Assembly (NCBI GenBank): GCA_045577415.1
Contig: JAZNII010000094.1
Span: forward strand, 1,434-65,433
DNA length: 64,000 bases
Source: Eubacteriales bacterium
GTDB taxonomy: Bacteria > Bacillota > Clostridia > Oscillospirales > CAG-272
Direction: 5' to 3'
Every line of letters begins with the position of its first letter. Position 1 is the stretch's first letter. The notes under the pieces were generated by a model that saw only the letters and a program-made list of their open reading frames with translations, did no database searches and had not been told where the DNA came from. Positions 1 through 9,460 of the stretch are shown here, in pieces. The position numbers were made by a program, and so were the translations under genes.

Positions 1-371
1 ATGTTATTTATCCCAAGCTTTGTGAGAAAGGCATATACCTTGCGGCACAGTGCTGTGAGCATCTTAATCGCGCGCTTGTAGTCGAAGCGGAATGCGCGGA
101 AAAATACGGATACGAGAGTGTAGCCGTTATTCCTCAGCCTAAGGCAGGCGGTTCATTTGCAACCTTGACATACGAGAATATGCAGTCTCCCGTGGTGGTT
201 GAGCATATCCGCGCCCACGCAGGTATTGATATAGGTCTTACTCTTATTGGTATGCATCTGCGCGACGTTGCGGTACCGCTTCGTCTTTCGGTTTCCGAAA
301 TTGGAGAGGCAAGGATAGTTTGCGCATATACCCGCCCAAAGTTTATTGGCGGATCAAGAGCAATATATTGA
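1..371 (+). CDS. TIGR01440/UPF0340 (YwlG-like) family protein, C-terminal part; the 5' end lies outside the window
   Basis: Frame 3 is open from nt 3. The translation ...[23 protein letters not shown]...[20 protein letters not shown]...[12 protein letters not shown] matches the conserved core of the YwlG/UPF0340 family. A hairpin terminator follows. Confidence 0.8.
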   Translation, partial: VIYPKLCEKGIYLAAQCCEHLNRALVVEAECAEKYGYESVAVIPQPKAGGSFATLTYENMQSPVVVEHIRAHAGIDIGLTLIGMHLRDVAVPLRLSVSEIGEARIVCAYTRPKFIGGSRAIY

Positions 372-374
372 ATA

Positions 375-402
375 AAAAACCGAGGAATTTCCTCGGTTTT
401 TT
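375..402. terminator. Bidirectional intrinsic terminator between convergent genes
   Basis: Hairpin CCGAGGA-att-TCCTCGG is flanked by an A-run upstream and a T-run downstream. Confidence 0.7.
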
Positions 403-406
403 ACTG

Positions 407-1360
407 TCATAATTGTGAGATTGCGTCTTTAAGTGAGCTTGCGGAATTCATGAAACGCGACTTTTCGGTTTTATCAAGCGGTATTTCAAGAATCTGCTCG
501 ATGCCGTTTCTTCCGACGATACACGGAATTCCCATGCAAACCTCATAAACTCCGTATTCACCCGATAGCTTGGTTGAAACGGGAAGAATTGTATGCTCGT
601 CATTGACGATAGCGGAAACTATTCTGCGTACAGAGTCGGCGATTCCGTAATAAGTTGCACCTTTTGCCTCTATAATTCGGTATGCGCTGGTCATGACCTC
701 CGCCGCAAGTCGGTCAAGAGCAGAACGGTCAAATTCCATCTTTCGCTCACGGCAATAGCTGTCGAGGTCAATGCCCGAAACGTTTGCGCTGCTCCAGACC
801 GCAACCTCACTGTCACCGTGTTCACCGATAACGAAGGAATGAACGTTTCTGCTGTCAACTCCAAGATATTTGCCCACCTTTTCCTTAAGCCTTGCGGTGT
901 CGAGAACGGTTCCCGAGCCGATAACGCGCGAAGAAGGGAATCCCGACTCGGCGAGAGTAATATAGGTAAGGATGTCAACGGGATTGGTTACCACCAAAAT
1001 CAAGGCATCTTTATTATATTCAATGATATTATCAACTATTCCTCTGAATATTCTTGCGTTTTTCTGAAGAAGATCAAGTCTTGTCTGATCCGGAGTTTGG
1101 TTGACACCTGCGGTTATTATGATAATTCCACAATCGGCAAGGTCGGGATAATCTCCTGCAATTATCTCCATGGGGGAATTAAAGGGAAGCGCGTGCGAAA
1201 TATCCTCTGCCTCTCCAAATGCCTTTTTCTTACTGAGATCGATCAGAACAAGCTTTGAAAGCAGCTTGCTGTGCATAAGAGCGTAAGCTGTTGCTGAACC
1301 AACGTTACCACAACCAATTATTGCGCACGATCTGATATTTGTAGTAGAGTTTTCCTTCAT
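407..1360 (-). CDS. ldh: L-lactate dehydrogenase
   Basis: Rossmann motif IIGCGNVGS; GVNQTPDQTRLDL (Gln typical of LDH rather than MDH); NPVD; DTAR; GEHGDSE. GGAGG RBS lies 8 nt upstream of the ATG. Confidence 0.95.
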   Translation of the reverse strand: MKENSTTNIRSCAIIGCGNVGSATAYALMHSKLLSKLVLIDLSKKKAFGEAEDISHALPFNSPMEIIAGDYPDLADCGIIIITAGVNQTPDQTRLDLLQKNARIFRGIVDNIIEYNKDALILVVTNPVDILTYITLAESGFPSSRVIGSGTVLDTARLKEKVGKYLGVDSRNVHSFVIGEHGDSEVAVWSSANVSGIDLDSYCRERKMEFDRSALDRLAAEVMTSAYRIIEAKGATYYGIADSVRRIVSAIVNDEHTILPVSTKLSGEYGVYEVCMGIPCIVGRNGIEQILEIPLDKTEKSRFMNSASSLKDAISQL

Positions 1361-1471
1361 GTTTCAGTCCTCCGTTTTAATTTAGTATTAACTATCGGTA
1401 TAGTGAAAAATTCAATAAACGGGTGTAGTCAATATAATTTACAAGAAATTCACATAATTAAACAATTAAGG

Positions 1472-1480
1472 TGATATAAT
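1472..1480 (+). promoter_or_regulatory. Extended -10 promoter element (TGaTATAAT) for the 79-aa ORF
   Basis: TGATATAAT lies about 35 nt upstream of the AAGGAG RBS at 1504. No good -35 is visible. Confidence 0.4.
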
Positions 1481-1515
1481 TAATTTAATAGATAAACTCA
1501 TTTAAGGAGCCGATA

Positions 1516-1755
1516 ATGAATATGTCCGACAACAAAAAATCATCATTAAAGATTATTCTTATAGTTTCCGCTGTTGTGGTCGCCGTTGCCGCGGCAATCG
1601 TTGGTATATATATGTACGTGAACAGAAAGGTGAAGTCTGTTGTTATTGGTAAGATCGATTTTGATGGAGACGGTGAGATCGATGCGATAATGCTTGACAC
1701 TACCGGAAACGGAGAAGTTGACACGATAGTTTTAAATTCCGATGATTATGAATAG
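1516..1755 (+). CDS. Small N-terminally membrane-anchored protein with two DxDxDG (EF-hand/dockerin-like) loops
   Basis: AAGGAG RBS 7 nt upstream. Hydrophobic segment IILIVSAVVVAVAAAIVGIYMYV is followed by DFDGDGEID and DTTGNGEVD. A strong terminator sits directly downstream. Confidence 0.6.
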   Translation: MNMSDNKKSSLKIILIVSAVVVAVAAAIVGIYMYVNRKVKSVVIGKIDFDGDGEIDAIMLDTTGNGEVDTIVLNSDDYE

Positions 1756-1756
1756 T

Positions 1757-1796
1757 AAAAAAGAAAACTACCTCGAAGGGTAGTTTTCTTTTTTAT
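1757..1796. terminator. Bidirectional intrinsic terminator
   Basis: Hairpin GAAAACTACC-tcgaa-GGTAGTTTTC has an A-run on one side and a T-run on the other. It serves the 79-aa ORF (+) and the parC-like operon (-). Confidence 0.75.
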
Positions 1797-1810
1797 TTAT
1801 CCAATTTTCA

Positions 1811-1915
1811 TTATAGCATATTGATCAACAAGGAAATAGCAATTGCCGCGCTTCCAAGCGCCATGATGCCTACGAGCGCGAGAGAAAGTACTTTTACCCA
1901 AAGCTTGTTCTTCAT
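1811..1915 (-). CDS. Candidate 34-aa hydrophobic peptide (MKNKLWVKVLSLALVGIMALGSAAIAISLLINML), below the ORF-track cutoff
   Basis: ATG is preceded by GAGGT plus a 7-nt spacer. The ORF lies 33 nt downstream of the parC-like stop and upstream of the shared terminator. It predicts a single TM helix. Confidence 0.35.
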   Translation of the reverse strand: MKNKLWVKVLSLALVGIMALGSAAIAISLLINML

Positions 1916-1948
1916 TTTTTTTACCTCATTTTGTAATCTTTCTATTTA

Positions 1949-4150
1949 TTAATTTAAAAGTGTTCCGGAAGCGGGAAGCTTAAGCTTTCTGCATCCCTTG
2001 GTATTATCGGCGTTTCCGTCAAAATCGGAAATGGCGGAAACTACCGTCTGATTCTTTTTAAGTGTCATTAACTGAACACCGATAGAAGTTTTGGTAGACT
2101 TTGTAGGTATTAAAGAGGTCTTAAAGATGATGGCTCTGTTATCGTTGGTAACGAGCATTATCTCGTAAGGCTTCTTTTCGTTTTCGGAGAATACTGCAAC
2201 TATGGGGGATGCCGTTGAGAATACGCCCTTTAATTTGCGCCTTACGCTGGAAGTCTCGTAAGCTTTTTCGGGTATCTTGACACCCTTGCCGTTTTCAAAT
2301 ATGAAAACGTAATTGTAGCCTTCTCTGAATTCACTTTGCAGAGAAACGAATACAGGCTTTTCACCGGGCTCCATCTTAAGCTCAGAGGGAACGAACTGAC
2401 CCATGACAGAGGCTTTACAGTTCTCGAAATCATTTACCGCGGCGCGATAAAGTTGCGCTTTATCTGTAAAGAAAAGGACGGTATCCTTGTTTTCGGCGTC
2501 GAATATCTGGCGGAGAGAGTCGCCATCCTTGAAGTACTGCTCGTCGTTTCCTTGGAGTGATCGGTAGGTTATCTTCTTGAAATAGCCCTCTTTGGAAAGC
2601 ACCAGTTTGCAGGGATAATTCTCAACCGTTTCTTCCTCAACGTACGCCTCGATATTTTCGGAATGGATTATCTGTGATTTTCTGGGCTGACCGTATTTTT
2701 TCTTTATTTCGGTAAGCTGACTTGCAATAAGTCCCTTCAGCTTGAATTCGTCAGCCAGTATTTCTTCGATCTCTGCTATCTCCTTTTTGAGATCCTCGAT
2801 CTCGGAGATGCGGTTGATGATATATTCTCGGTTCAAATTACGCAGCTTGATATCCGCAATATAGTTTGCCTGTATCTCGTCGATTCCAAAGCCTGAGCAA
2901 AGGTTGGGGATGACGTCCTCGTCCTTTTCGGTCTTGCGGATTATACGTATCGCCTTATCGATGTCAAGAAGTATCTTTCCAAGACCCAAGAGCAGATGAA
3001 GCTTATCTTTCTTTTTGCCGAGATCAAATTCAAGCTCACGGCTAAGACATTCCATTCTGAATGCGATCCATTCGGTAAGTATATCAACAACTCCAAGCTG
3101 ACGGGGTTCTGCGTCTATTATGATATTAAAGTTGCATTTAAAGCTGTTTTCAAGGGGAGTGGATCTGAAAAGCTTCTGCATAAGCTTGTCGGGGTCTACG
3201 CCCTTGCGAAGATCGAGAGTGAGCTTGAGACCTTCCTTGTCGGTCTCGTCTCTGAAGTCGATCACTTCCTTAAGTCTGCCTTCCTTTACCATAGCGGAAA
3301 CCTTATTGAGTATCTGTTCAATGGTAGTGGAATATGGTATCTGGTATATATCTATGCAGTTTGCGGATGGATCGTAATTATACCTTGAGCGTATCTTGAA
3401 GGATCCGTCACCCGTGGCATAAATGGATTTCATCTGCTCGTAATCGTAGATTATCTGACCGCCGCCGGGGAAGTCGGGAGCCTTTATTATCTCCATTATC
3501 TTTTCAACCGAAATGTTGGGCTTTTTGAGTATGGCGATAGTTCCGTCGCATATCTCGGAAAGATTGAAGGAACAGATATCCGACGCCATACCGACCGCAA
3601 TACCGCTATTGGGAGAAACAAGAATGTTTGGGAACGCGGTAGGAAGAAGCTGAGGCTCCTTCATAGTGCCGTCGTAGTTGTCTATCATGTTGACGGCATT
3701 TTTATCGATTCCGTCGAAAAGTGTCTCACAAAACGAATCAAGCTTTGCCTCGGTATATCGGGGAGCCGCGTATTTGGTCTCGGAGGAATATTGCTTACCG
3801 AAGTTACCCTTGGAGTCGACAAAAGGGTGAAGCAGGGTCTCGTTACCTCTCGTCAGACGAACCATCGTCTCGTATATCGACTGGTCGCCGTGAGGGTGGA
3901 GCTTCATTACCGCGCCGACGATGTTTGCGCTCTTGGTTCTCGCGCCCTTTAAAAGTCCCATATTATACATCGTATAGAGGATTTTTCTGTGTGCGGGCTT
4001 AAATCCGTCGATCTCGGGAATAGCACGGGAAACTATAACGCTCATGGTATAGGGCATATAGTTTTTCTCGATTGTTTCTGTTATAGGCTGAGGCAATATG
4101 GGGGCATAAACGATTTCCTTGACTTCGTTTTGTTTCTTTTTCTTTGCCAT
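1949..4150 (-). CDS. parC: Type IIA DNA topoisomerase subunit A (ParC/GyrA family; ParC-like, no GyrA box seen)
   Basis: SRAIPEIDGFKPAHRKILY, KLHPHGDQSIYETMVRL and the catalytic Tyr context AAPRYTEAKL. The 733-aa length and absence of a QRRGGKG GyrA box favour topoisomerase IV. Confidence 0.85.
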   Translation of the reverse strand: MAKKKKQNEVKEIVYAPILPQPITETIEKNYMPYTMSVIVSRAIPEIDGFKPAHRKILYTMYNMGLLKGARTKSANIVGAVMKLHPHGDQSIYETMVRLTRGNETLLHPFVDSKGNFGKQYSSETKYAAPRYTEAKLDSFCETLFDGIDKNAVNMIDNYDGTMKEPQLLPTAFPNILVSPNSGIAVGMASDICSFNLSEICDGTIAILKKPNISVEKIMEIIKAPDFPGGGQIIYDYEQMKSIYATGDGSFKIRSRYNYDPSANCIDIYQIPYSTTIEQILNKVSAMVKEGRLKEVIDFRDETDKEGLKLTLDLRKGVDPDKLMQKLFRSTPLENSFKCNFNIIIDAEPRQLGVVDILTEWIAFRMECLSRELEFDLGKKKDKLHLLLGLGKILLDIDKAIRIIRKTEKDEDVIPNLCSGFGIDEIQANYIADIKLRNLNREYIINRISEIEDLKKEIAEIEEILADEFKLKGLIASQLTEIKKKYGQPRKSQIIHSENIEAYVEEETVENYPCKLVLSKEGYFKKITYRSLQGNDEQYFKDGDSLRQIFDAENKDTVLFFTDKAQLYRAAVNDFENCKASVMGQFVPSELKMEPGEKPVFVSLQSEFREGYNYVFIFENGKGVKIPEKAYETSSVRRKLKGVFSTASPIVAVFSENEKKPYEIMLVTNDNRAIIFKTSLIPTKSTKTSIGVQLMTLKKNQTVVSAISDFDGNADNTKGCRKLKLPASGTLLN

Positions 4151-4182
4151 TTATATATTTACCTTTCGTATAATTTTCAAAG

Positions 4183-5220
4183 TCATACTTTAAGAACCGA
4201 ATGAGCCGCGGCGCGTATCATACGGTTGTAAAGAGCAAGACCCAAACCCTCCTTGTCGGGGATGTGGGCGTAGATTATATCGGGTGAGTGGGAGTCACAC
4301 TCGCGGAGTCTTGCGAAAAGCATTTTTGCGTGTGTTTTCAGATCACCTCTGCGACCGATGGGCAACAAAAGCCTGTTTTCAAGCAATTCTGCCTCCTCGT
4401 CGTAACAAAGGATAGCGCATTTTCGCTCTTTTTGTTCGTTTTTGAGAAATTCTATTACGTTTTTATCGTCTCCGTCAAGAAGTATCAATTGTGCCGTGGG
4501 GGCATAGTGCTTGTATTTCATTCCGGGGGACAGAGGGCGTTCGTTTTCGCCGAGGGTACCCTCAAGAGTAGGGGATATAGTCACGTTGTCGCAAACGCAA
4601 CAAAGCGCGTCGTATGTAATGGCACCGGGACGGAGCAGGACCAGTCCTGTGTCTTTCGTGACAAGTACTATCGTGGATTCAAGACCTATCTCGCACGCGC
4701 CGCCGTCGATTATCATATTGACTTTTCCGTCAAAATCTTCGATAACGTATTCAACACTGGTTGTGGATGGCTTTCCCGAAATATTAGCCGAGGGCGCGGC
4801 TATCGGAACTCCTGCCGCCTCGATTACAGCGTGAGCTACGGGGTGAGAGGGACAACGGATCGCCACGGTATCAAGTCCTCCCGTGGTCTCTAAAGGAACC
4901 GTGTTCTTTTTTGGGAGAATGACGGTGAGAGGTCCGGGCATAAAGGCTTTGGCAAGCTTATAGTAGATTTCATTGGTATATGCGTATTTTTCTGCGTCGG
5001 AGGGCTTGGCGACATGTATTATCAAGGGGTTGTCCGATGGCCGCCCCTTTGCCGCGTATATTTTTTTTGATGACTGTGGATTGGTGCCGTCGCCTCCAAG
5101 ACCGTAAACCGTCTCAGTAGGGATGACCACCAATCCGCCGTCACGTAAAAGAGCCGCCGCCTCTGCGATGTCGTCTTTTTGCACATTTACGTCGTCTATT
5201 CTGACTATTTTCGTTTCCAT
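4183..5220 (-). CDS. tsaC: L-threonylcarbamoyladenylate synthase (Sua5/YwlC type, with Sua5 C-terminal domain)
   Basis: YrdC-domain motifs GGLVVIPTETVYGLG, KGRPSDNPLIIH and APSANISGKPS. The 345-aa length fits the Sua5-type two-domain form. AGGAG RBS present. Confidence 0.9.
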   Translation of the reverse strand: METKIVRIDDVNVQKDDIAEAAALLRDGGLVVIPTETVYGLGGDGTNPQSSKKIYAAKGRPSDNPLIIHVAKPSDAEKYAYTNEIYYKLAKAFMPGPLTVILPKKNTVPLETTGGLDTVAIRCPSHPVAHAVIEAAGVPIAAPSANISGKPSTTSVEYVIEDFDGKVNMIIDGGACEIGLESTIVLVTKDTGLVLLRPGAITYDALCCVCDNVTISPTLEGTLGENERPLSPGMKYKHYAPTAQLILLDGDDKNVIEFLKNEQKERKCAILCYDEEAELLENRLLLPIGRRGDLKTHAKMLFARLRECDSHSPDIIYAHIPDKEGLGLALYNRMIRAAAHSVLKV

Positions 5221-5239
5221 AGCGGCTCCTTTCTAAAAT

Positions 5240-6316
5240 TTAACCGTTAATTTCGGCTTTGAGCTTTTCCGCGGTGTCTGCCGCGATCAGTGAGTCTATC
5301 ATTTGTCCAATGTTTCCGTTGACAAAGCTGTCAAGAGAGTGGAGGGTTACTCCTATTCTGTGATCGGTAACTCTGTTTTGGGGGTAGTTGTAGGTGCGGA
5401 TCTTTTCGCTTCTGTCTCCCGTACCTACCTGACTCTTTCGGTCGGAGGCGACCTTTTCGGACTGCTCCCGCTGCTTTATGTCGTAAAGCTTTGCGCGGAG
5501 CATTTTCAGCGCCTTATCTTTGTTTTTGAACTGTGAACGCTCTTCCTGACACTCGATCACGATGCCCGTGGGCTTGTGGGTAAGTCTCACGGCAGATTCG
5601 GTCTTGTTGATGTGCTGACCGCCCGCGCCGCTTGACTTACAGGACTCGTAGATAAGATCCGATTCCTTGATCTCGATCTCCACGTCCTCGACCTCGGGAA
5701 GTACAGCGACAGTTGCAGTAGAGGTCTGGATGCGTCCCTGTGACTCGGTCTCGGGTACTCTCTGAACTCTGTGAACTCCCGATTCAAATTTGAAACGCGA
5801 ATATGCGCCGTCACCCTCAACTGTGAAGGAAATTTCCTTATATCCGCCAAGCTCGGTCTCGTTGGCGTTTGCTATCGAGACCTTAAATCCAACCGTCGCC
5901 GCATACATCGAGTACATACGGAAGAGAACCGCCGCAAAAAGCGCAGCCTCCTCGCCGCCCGCACCGGCGCGGATCTCGACGATGATATTTTTGTCGTCGT
6001 TGGGATCACGGGGAAGAAGTAATACAGTCAGCTCATCGGCGAGGCGCTCAAGGCGCAATTTTGCTTCCTTAAGCTCCTCCTGCGCCATCGCGCGCATTTC
6101 GTCGTCGTCCGCCTCGTCGATTATCATTAAGGCGTCTTCAATATCGGTCTCTGCTCGCTTATACTCGCGGTATTTTGCCACCACGGGAGTGAGCGCGTGA
6201 TATTCCTTGATCGCCTTTGCGTAAGCCTGAGCGTCCAATATCAATGCCGTGTTGTTGGCAAGCTCGTATTCAAGCCTGTCATATTTTTCCACGGTAGATA
6301 CAAGCTTTTCAAACAT
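5240..6316 (-). CDS. prfA: Peptide chain release factor 1
   Basis: GGQ motif SGAGGQHINKTESAVRLTHKPTG and an RF1-type PxT region (RVQRVPETESQGRIQTS). Confidence 0.97.
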   Translation of the reverse strand: MFEKLVSTVEKYDRLEYELANNTALILDAQAYAKAIKEYHALTPVVAKYREYKRAETDIEDALMIIDEADDDEMRAMAQEELKEAKLRLERLADELTVLLLPRDPNDDKNIIVEIRAGAGGEEAALFAAVLFRMYSMYAATVGFKVSIANANETELGGYKEISFTVEGDGAYSRFKFESGVHRVQRVPETESQGRIQTSTATVAVLPEVEDVEIEIKESDLIYESCKSSGAGGQHINKTESAVRLTHKPTGIVIECQEERSQFKNKDKALKMLRAKLYDIKQREQSEKVASDRKSQVGTGDRSEKIRTYNYPQNRVTDHRIGVTLHSLDSFVNGNIGQMIDSLIAADTAEKLKAEING

Positions 6317-6319
6317 AAA

Positions 6320-7693
6320 TTAAGCCATGTTGAAGGCGTAGAATGCCTTGTGGGCAGAGTAAACGTCTGCCTTGGAAACTACCTCGTAGGGTGCGTGCAT
6401 ACTGATTACGGGAACACCGAGGTCAACGGTTTCGATGTTGTGCTTCGCGATATACTTCGCAACTGTTCCGCCGCCGCCCTGGTCGGTCTTACCAAGCTCT
6501 GCGGTCTGCCAGATAACGCCGTATTCCTCGTAGATCTTTCTGATCCATGCGACGTACTCTGCGGGAGCGTCATTTGTGCCGCCCTTTCCGCCGCTACCTG
6601 TGTACTTGGACATAGTGATACCGCAGTTGATCTTAGCCGCGTTCTTGGACTCGTAAACTTCAGCGAAATTGGGGTCGAAGCAAGCGTTAACGTCGGCGGA
6701 AAGGCACTTGGAATTAGCCTTTACAGCGTAGATATTGCCGCCGAGAGCCTCGGTGATAGCGCCCATAAGGTCGGTAAAGAGACCACACTGCATACCTGTG
6801 TTACCCTCGCTTCCGATCTCCTCCTTGTCTGCGAGAACCACCATAAGGGTATGTTCGCTTGCATCGGACTCAAAGAGTGCGGTGAGGGAGGGATATGCGC
6901 AGACCTTGTCGTCGTGACCGTAAGCCGAAATGAGGGAACGGTCAAAGCCAACGTCACGAGACTTGCCTGCGGGAACTACGAAAATGTCGGCAGAAAGGAA
7001 ATCTTCCTCGTGTATACCGTACTTTTCGTTGAGGATCGTGAGAACGTTAAGCTTTATCTTGTTGCTCTCCTCGGTATTAGAGAGGGGTCTTGAGCCAAGA
7101 AGGATGTTGAGGCTCTCTGCAGGGATAGCCTGACCGAGAGGCTTTGCGCTCTGGTCCTTTGCGAGGTGGGGAAGAAGATCATTAATGTAGAATACGGGAT
7201 CGCCGTCTTCGTCACCAATGCAAATGTCAACGCATGTGCCGTCCTTTTTTGCCACGGTTCCGTGAAGCGCCAAGGGGAGAGCAACCCACTGATACTTACG
7301 AACACCGCCGTAGTAGTGAGTCTTTGCTAAGCAGAAGCCGCCGTCCTCATAAACGGGAACCTGCTTGAAGTCAAGTCTGGGGCTGTCGATGTGGGAAGCG
7401 ACTATTCTCATACCATTGTTGATATTCTCGCTACCGATTTTGAAAAGATAGAGATTTCTGCCGCGGTTGTTGTAGTAATACTTGTCGCCTGCCTTGATCT
7501 GCATGCCAAAGGAATAGGGCTTGTAACCCTTAGCCTCTGCCATCTCGATAGAGACCTTGACAGCCTCTCTCTCTGTCTTGGACGCGTCCATATATGTCAT
7601 ATAGCCGTCACAGTAATCGTAAGCCGCCTTGATCTCGGCATCTGTTGCCTTGTCGTAAAAGTTAGCTTTTGTGTAGGTAAGTTCGTTGCTCAT
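6320..7693 (-). CDS. M18-family aminopeptidase
   Basis: ASHIDSPRLD; GHDDKVCAY; EEIGSEG; a C-terminal PVISMHAP-type motif; 457 aa. Confidence 0.85.
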   Translation of the reverse strand: MSNELTYTKANFYDKATDAEIKAAYDYCDGYMTYMDASKTEREAVKVSIEMAEAKGYKPYSFGMQIKAGDKYYYNNRGRNLYLFKIGSENINNGMRIVASHIDSPRLDFKQVPVYEDGGFCLAKTHYYGGVRKYQWVALPLALHGTVAKKDGTCVDICIGDEDGDPVFYINDLLPHLAKDQSAKPLGQAIPAESLNILLGSRPLSNTEESNKIKLNVLTILNEKYGIHEEDFLSADIFVVPAGKSRDVGFDRSLISAYGHDDKVCAYPSLTALFESDASEHTLMVVLADKEEIGSEGNTGMQCGLFTDLMGAITEALGGNIYAVKANSKCLSADVNACFDPNFAEVYESKNAAKINCGITMSKYTGSGGKGGTNDAPAEYVAWIRKIYEEYGVIWQTAELGKTDQGGGGTVAKYIAKHNIETVDLGVPVISMHAPYEVVSKADVYSAHKAFYAFNMA

Positions 7694-7745
7694 TTTAATA
7701 TCCTTTCTTCATAGTGTGACTATGTATTGTTTTTATTTTCAAGGA

Positions 7746-8321
7746 TCAATACAGATCCTCATATTTTCCTTTTGCGTGGTTGACCTTTTTTACGTAATTT
7801 CGTGTTTCTCGATAGGGAATGTCGCCAAGCTTTCCGTCCTCGTCCAGCCATTCGTCAACGTTGCCGAGACCTCCGTTGTAGGCAGCAATAGCCGCGTCCC
7901 AGCTATTGTATCTTGCGTAAAGATAGGAAAGGTAATATGTGCCGTAACGTATATTGGTGTCGGGATCGTACCTCATGCCGGGGTCAAGTCCTTCTTTCAA
8001 GCGTTGAGTGCTTATTTCGTTAAAGGTCGGTTCGGTTAATTGCATAAGTCCGACAGCGCCCTTGTCGGATACGGCAGAGGAGTTGAATCCGCTTTCGGTC
8101 TTTATGACTGCCCAGATAAGCTCCTCGGGAACGCCGAATCTTTCCGAATATCTTTCGACCGATTCTGCGTATTCATCGGGCTTTGGGTATATTGCGAATT
8201 CTATCTGCGATACGGCAAAGTCGAAAATAAATCCGAAAACGATTGAAATAGCCAAGACGATGAGTATTATTTTGCCCCATCCGGAACTTGAACCCGAGTA
8301 CTTCTTTCGGGATCTTGTCAT
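7746..8321 (-). CDS. Membrane-anchored lytic transglycosylase (SLT domain)
   Basis: N-terminal TM segment, catalytic ES motif IKTESGFN, GLMQLT and AYNGG. GGAGG RBS. The start overlaps the coaE stop by 4 nt. Confidence 0.85.
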   Translation of the reverse strand: MTRSRKKYSGSSSGWGKIILIVLAISIVFGFIFDFAVSQIEFAIYPKPDEYAESVERYSERFGVPEELIWAVIKTESGFNSSAVSDKGAVGLMQLTEPTFNEISTQRLKEGLDPGMRYDPDTNIRYGTYYLSYLYARYNSWDAAIAAYNGGLGNVDEWLDEDGKLGDIPYRETRNYVKKVNHAKGKYEDLY

Positions 8322-8923
8322 AGTGATATCCTCCTTTTTGAAAGGATAGTATCAACTTGTTGATTCAGGGAGGTCAGGTCTCCGTTGTTGTAGACGGTCT
8401 CGTCGGTGTGATCAATATAAAAAGAGTCCGGCTTTTGCGACTTGATACGTCTTTCTGCTGCGGATCTATCGATAGAATCTCGGAGCATTATTCTGTCTGT
8501 TCGAACACTTTCGTCGGCAAGGACTGAAACCGTTAAGTCGCAATCCTTTATAACGTTTGCCTCAATAAGCAAAGGCGCATCGATTACGCCAACGCCAACC
8601 CCTTGGCTCTTGTAGATAGAAATAATATCAATTATGCGAGAGATCACATACTTGTGAGTTATCTTGTTCAAAAGCTCAAGCTTATCTTTGTTTTCTTCGC
8701 CGAAAACGAGAGAAGCAAGCCTTTTTCTGTCAATAGCGCCTGTGTCAGTCAATATATCTTTGCCAAAATTCAATACTAATTCACCAACACAATCCGAGGG
8801 GGGAGTGATAACGTCGTGATACACCTCATCGGCATCAATTATTCTCGCGCCCTTTGACGAAAGATATTTTGAGACTTCGCCCTTGCCCGATCCGCTGGGA
8901 CCGGTGATACCGATAATGAACAT
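8318..8923 (-). CDS. coaE: Dephospho-CoA kinase
   Basis: P-loop IGITGPSGSGKG; DADEV; VIDAPLL; about 200 aa. Confidence 0.9.
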   Translation of the reverse strand: MFIIGITGPSGSGKGEVSKYLSSKGARIIDADEVYHDVITPPSDCVGELVLNFGKDILTDTGAIDRKRLASLVFGEENKDKLELLNKITHKYVISRIIDIISIYKSQGVGVGVIDAPLLIEANVIKDCDLTVSVLADESVRTDRIMLRDSIDRSAAERRIKSQKPDSFYIDHTDETVYNNGDLTSLNQQVDTILSKRRISL

Positions 8924-9078
8924 ATCCGACTCCTTTCGTTAGATTTTAGATTTCTTCCGAAAAACAAACATCCACATTATATTATAACTCATTTTGAGAA
9001 TTTTTTCAAGTCCAAAATCATAATTATTATTTAATTTTGAAAGAAAATTTCATCAAAGACAAAAATCCCTGCGTTTGC

Positions 9079-9107
9079 TTGACAACAAAATGACCTCATG
9101 GTATAAT
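9079..9107 (+). promoter_or_regulatory. Consensus sigma-A promoter TTGACA-17nt-TATAAT
   Basis: TTGACA at 9079-9084, exactly 17 nt of spacer, TATAAT at 9102-9107. It points into a plus-strand open frame. Confidence 0.6.
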
Positions 9108-9450
9108 TAAACATATCTTTGACCGTGATTGGGAGGGCGAGGTAACGAGAGTTGATACTGTAATCGATAGCGAACCCATCACCTTTTCCGTTGCTGTCGA
9201 TCGCCGTCCGCCTAAAAAGATACCCTATACTGTTGTAACCGTACTTAAAGATAACGGAAAAACCGTAAAATTGAAGATACAATCCCGAAAGATGGCACCG
9301 TTGCTTTTTGAAATCGGAGATAGAATAAAGCATCATAAGGGAGCTAAATATCCGATCGTTTTGACGTCCAAAAAGCACGTCTACATCTGCCCGATATGCG
9401 GCGGTTGGTTCAAAGAGAGAAAATGCCTCAATTGTAGGGTGAATTTTTAA
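9094..9450 (+). CDS. Candidate zinc-ribbon protein. The frame is open for 118 codons, but the first canonical starts are TTG 9271 (59 aa) and ATG 9292 (52 aa), so this may be a 5'-decayed gene.
   Basis: Frame-1 translation looks protein-like: ...DWEGEVTRVDTVIDSEPITFSVAVDRRPPKKIPYTVVTVLKDNGKTVKLKIQSRKMAPLLFEIGDRIKHHKGAKYPIVLTSKKHVYICPICGGWFKERKCLNCRVNF. It ends in CxxC-x8-CxxC and is bracketed by a consensus promoter and a hairpin. Confidence 0.35.
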   Translation, partial: PHGIIKHIFDRDWEGEVTRVDTVIDSEPITFSVAVDRRPPKKIPYTVVTVLKDNGKTVKLKIQSRKMAPLLFEIGDRIKHHKGAKYPIVLTSKKHVYICPICGGWFKERKCLNCRVNF

Positions 9451-9460
9451 TTCTTCAAGC

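Noticed and set aside
1395-1470. Possible Rex operator upstream of ldh (GTGAAAAATTCAA and a TTCACA half-site)
   Set aside because: The half-sites are spaced one nt short of the TTGTGAA-N4-TTCACAA consensus and carry several mismatches. The match is not strong enough without a PWM scan.
6197-7093. 298-aa plus-strand ORF
   Set aside because: It is antisense to the M18 aminopeptidase and the prfA 5' end, and no motif is recognisable.
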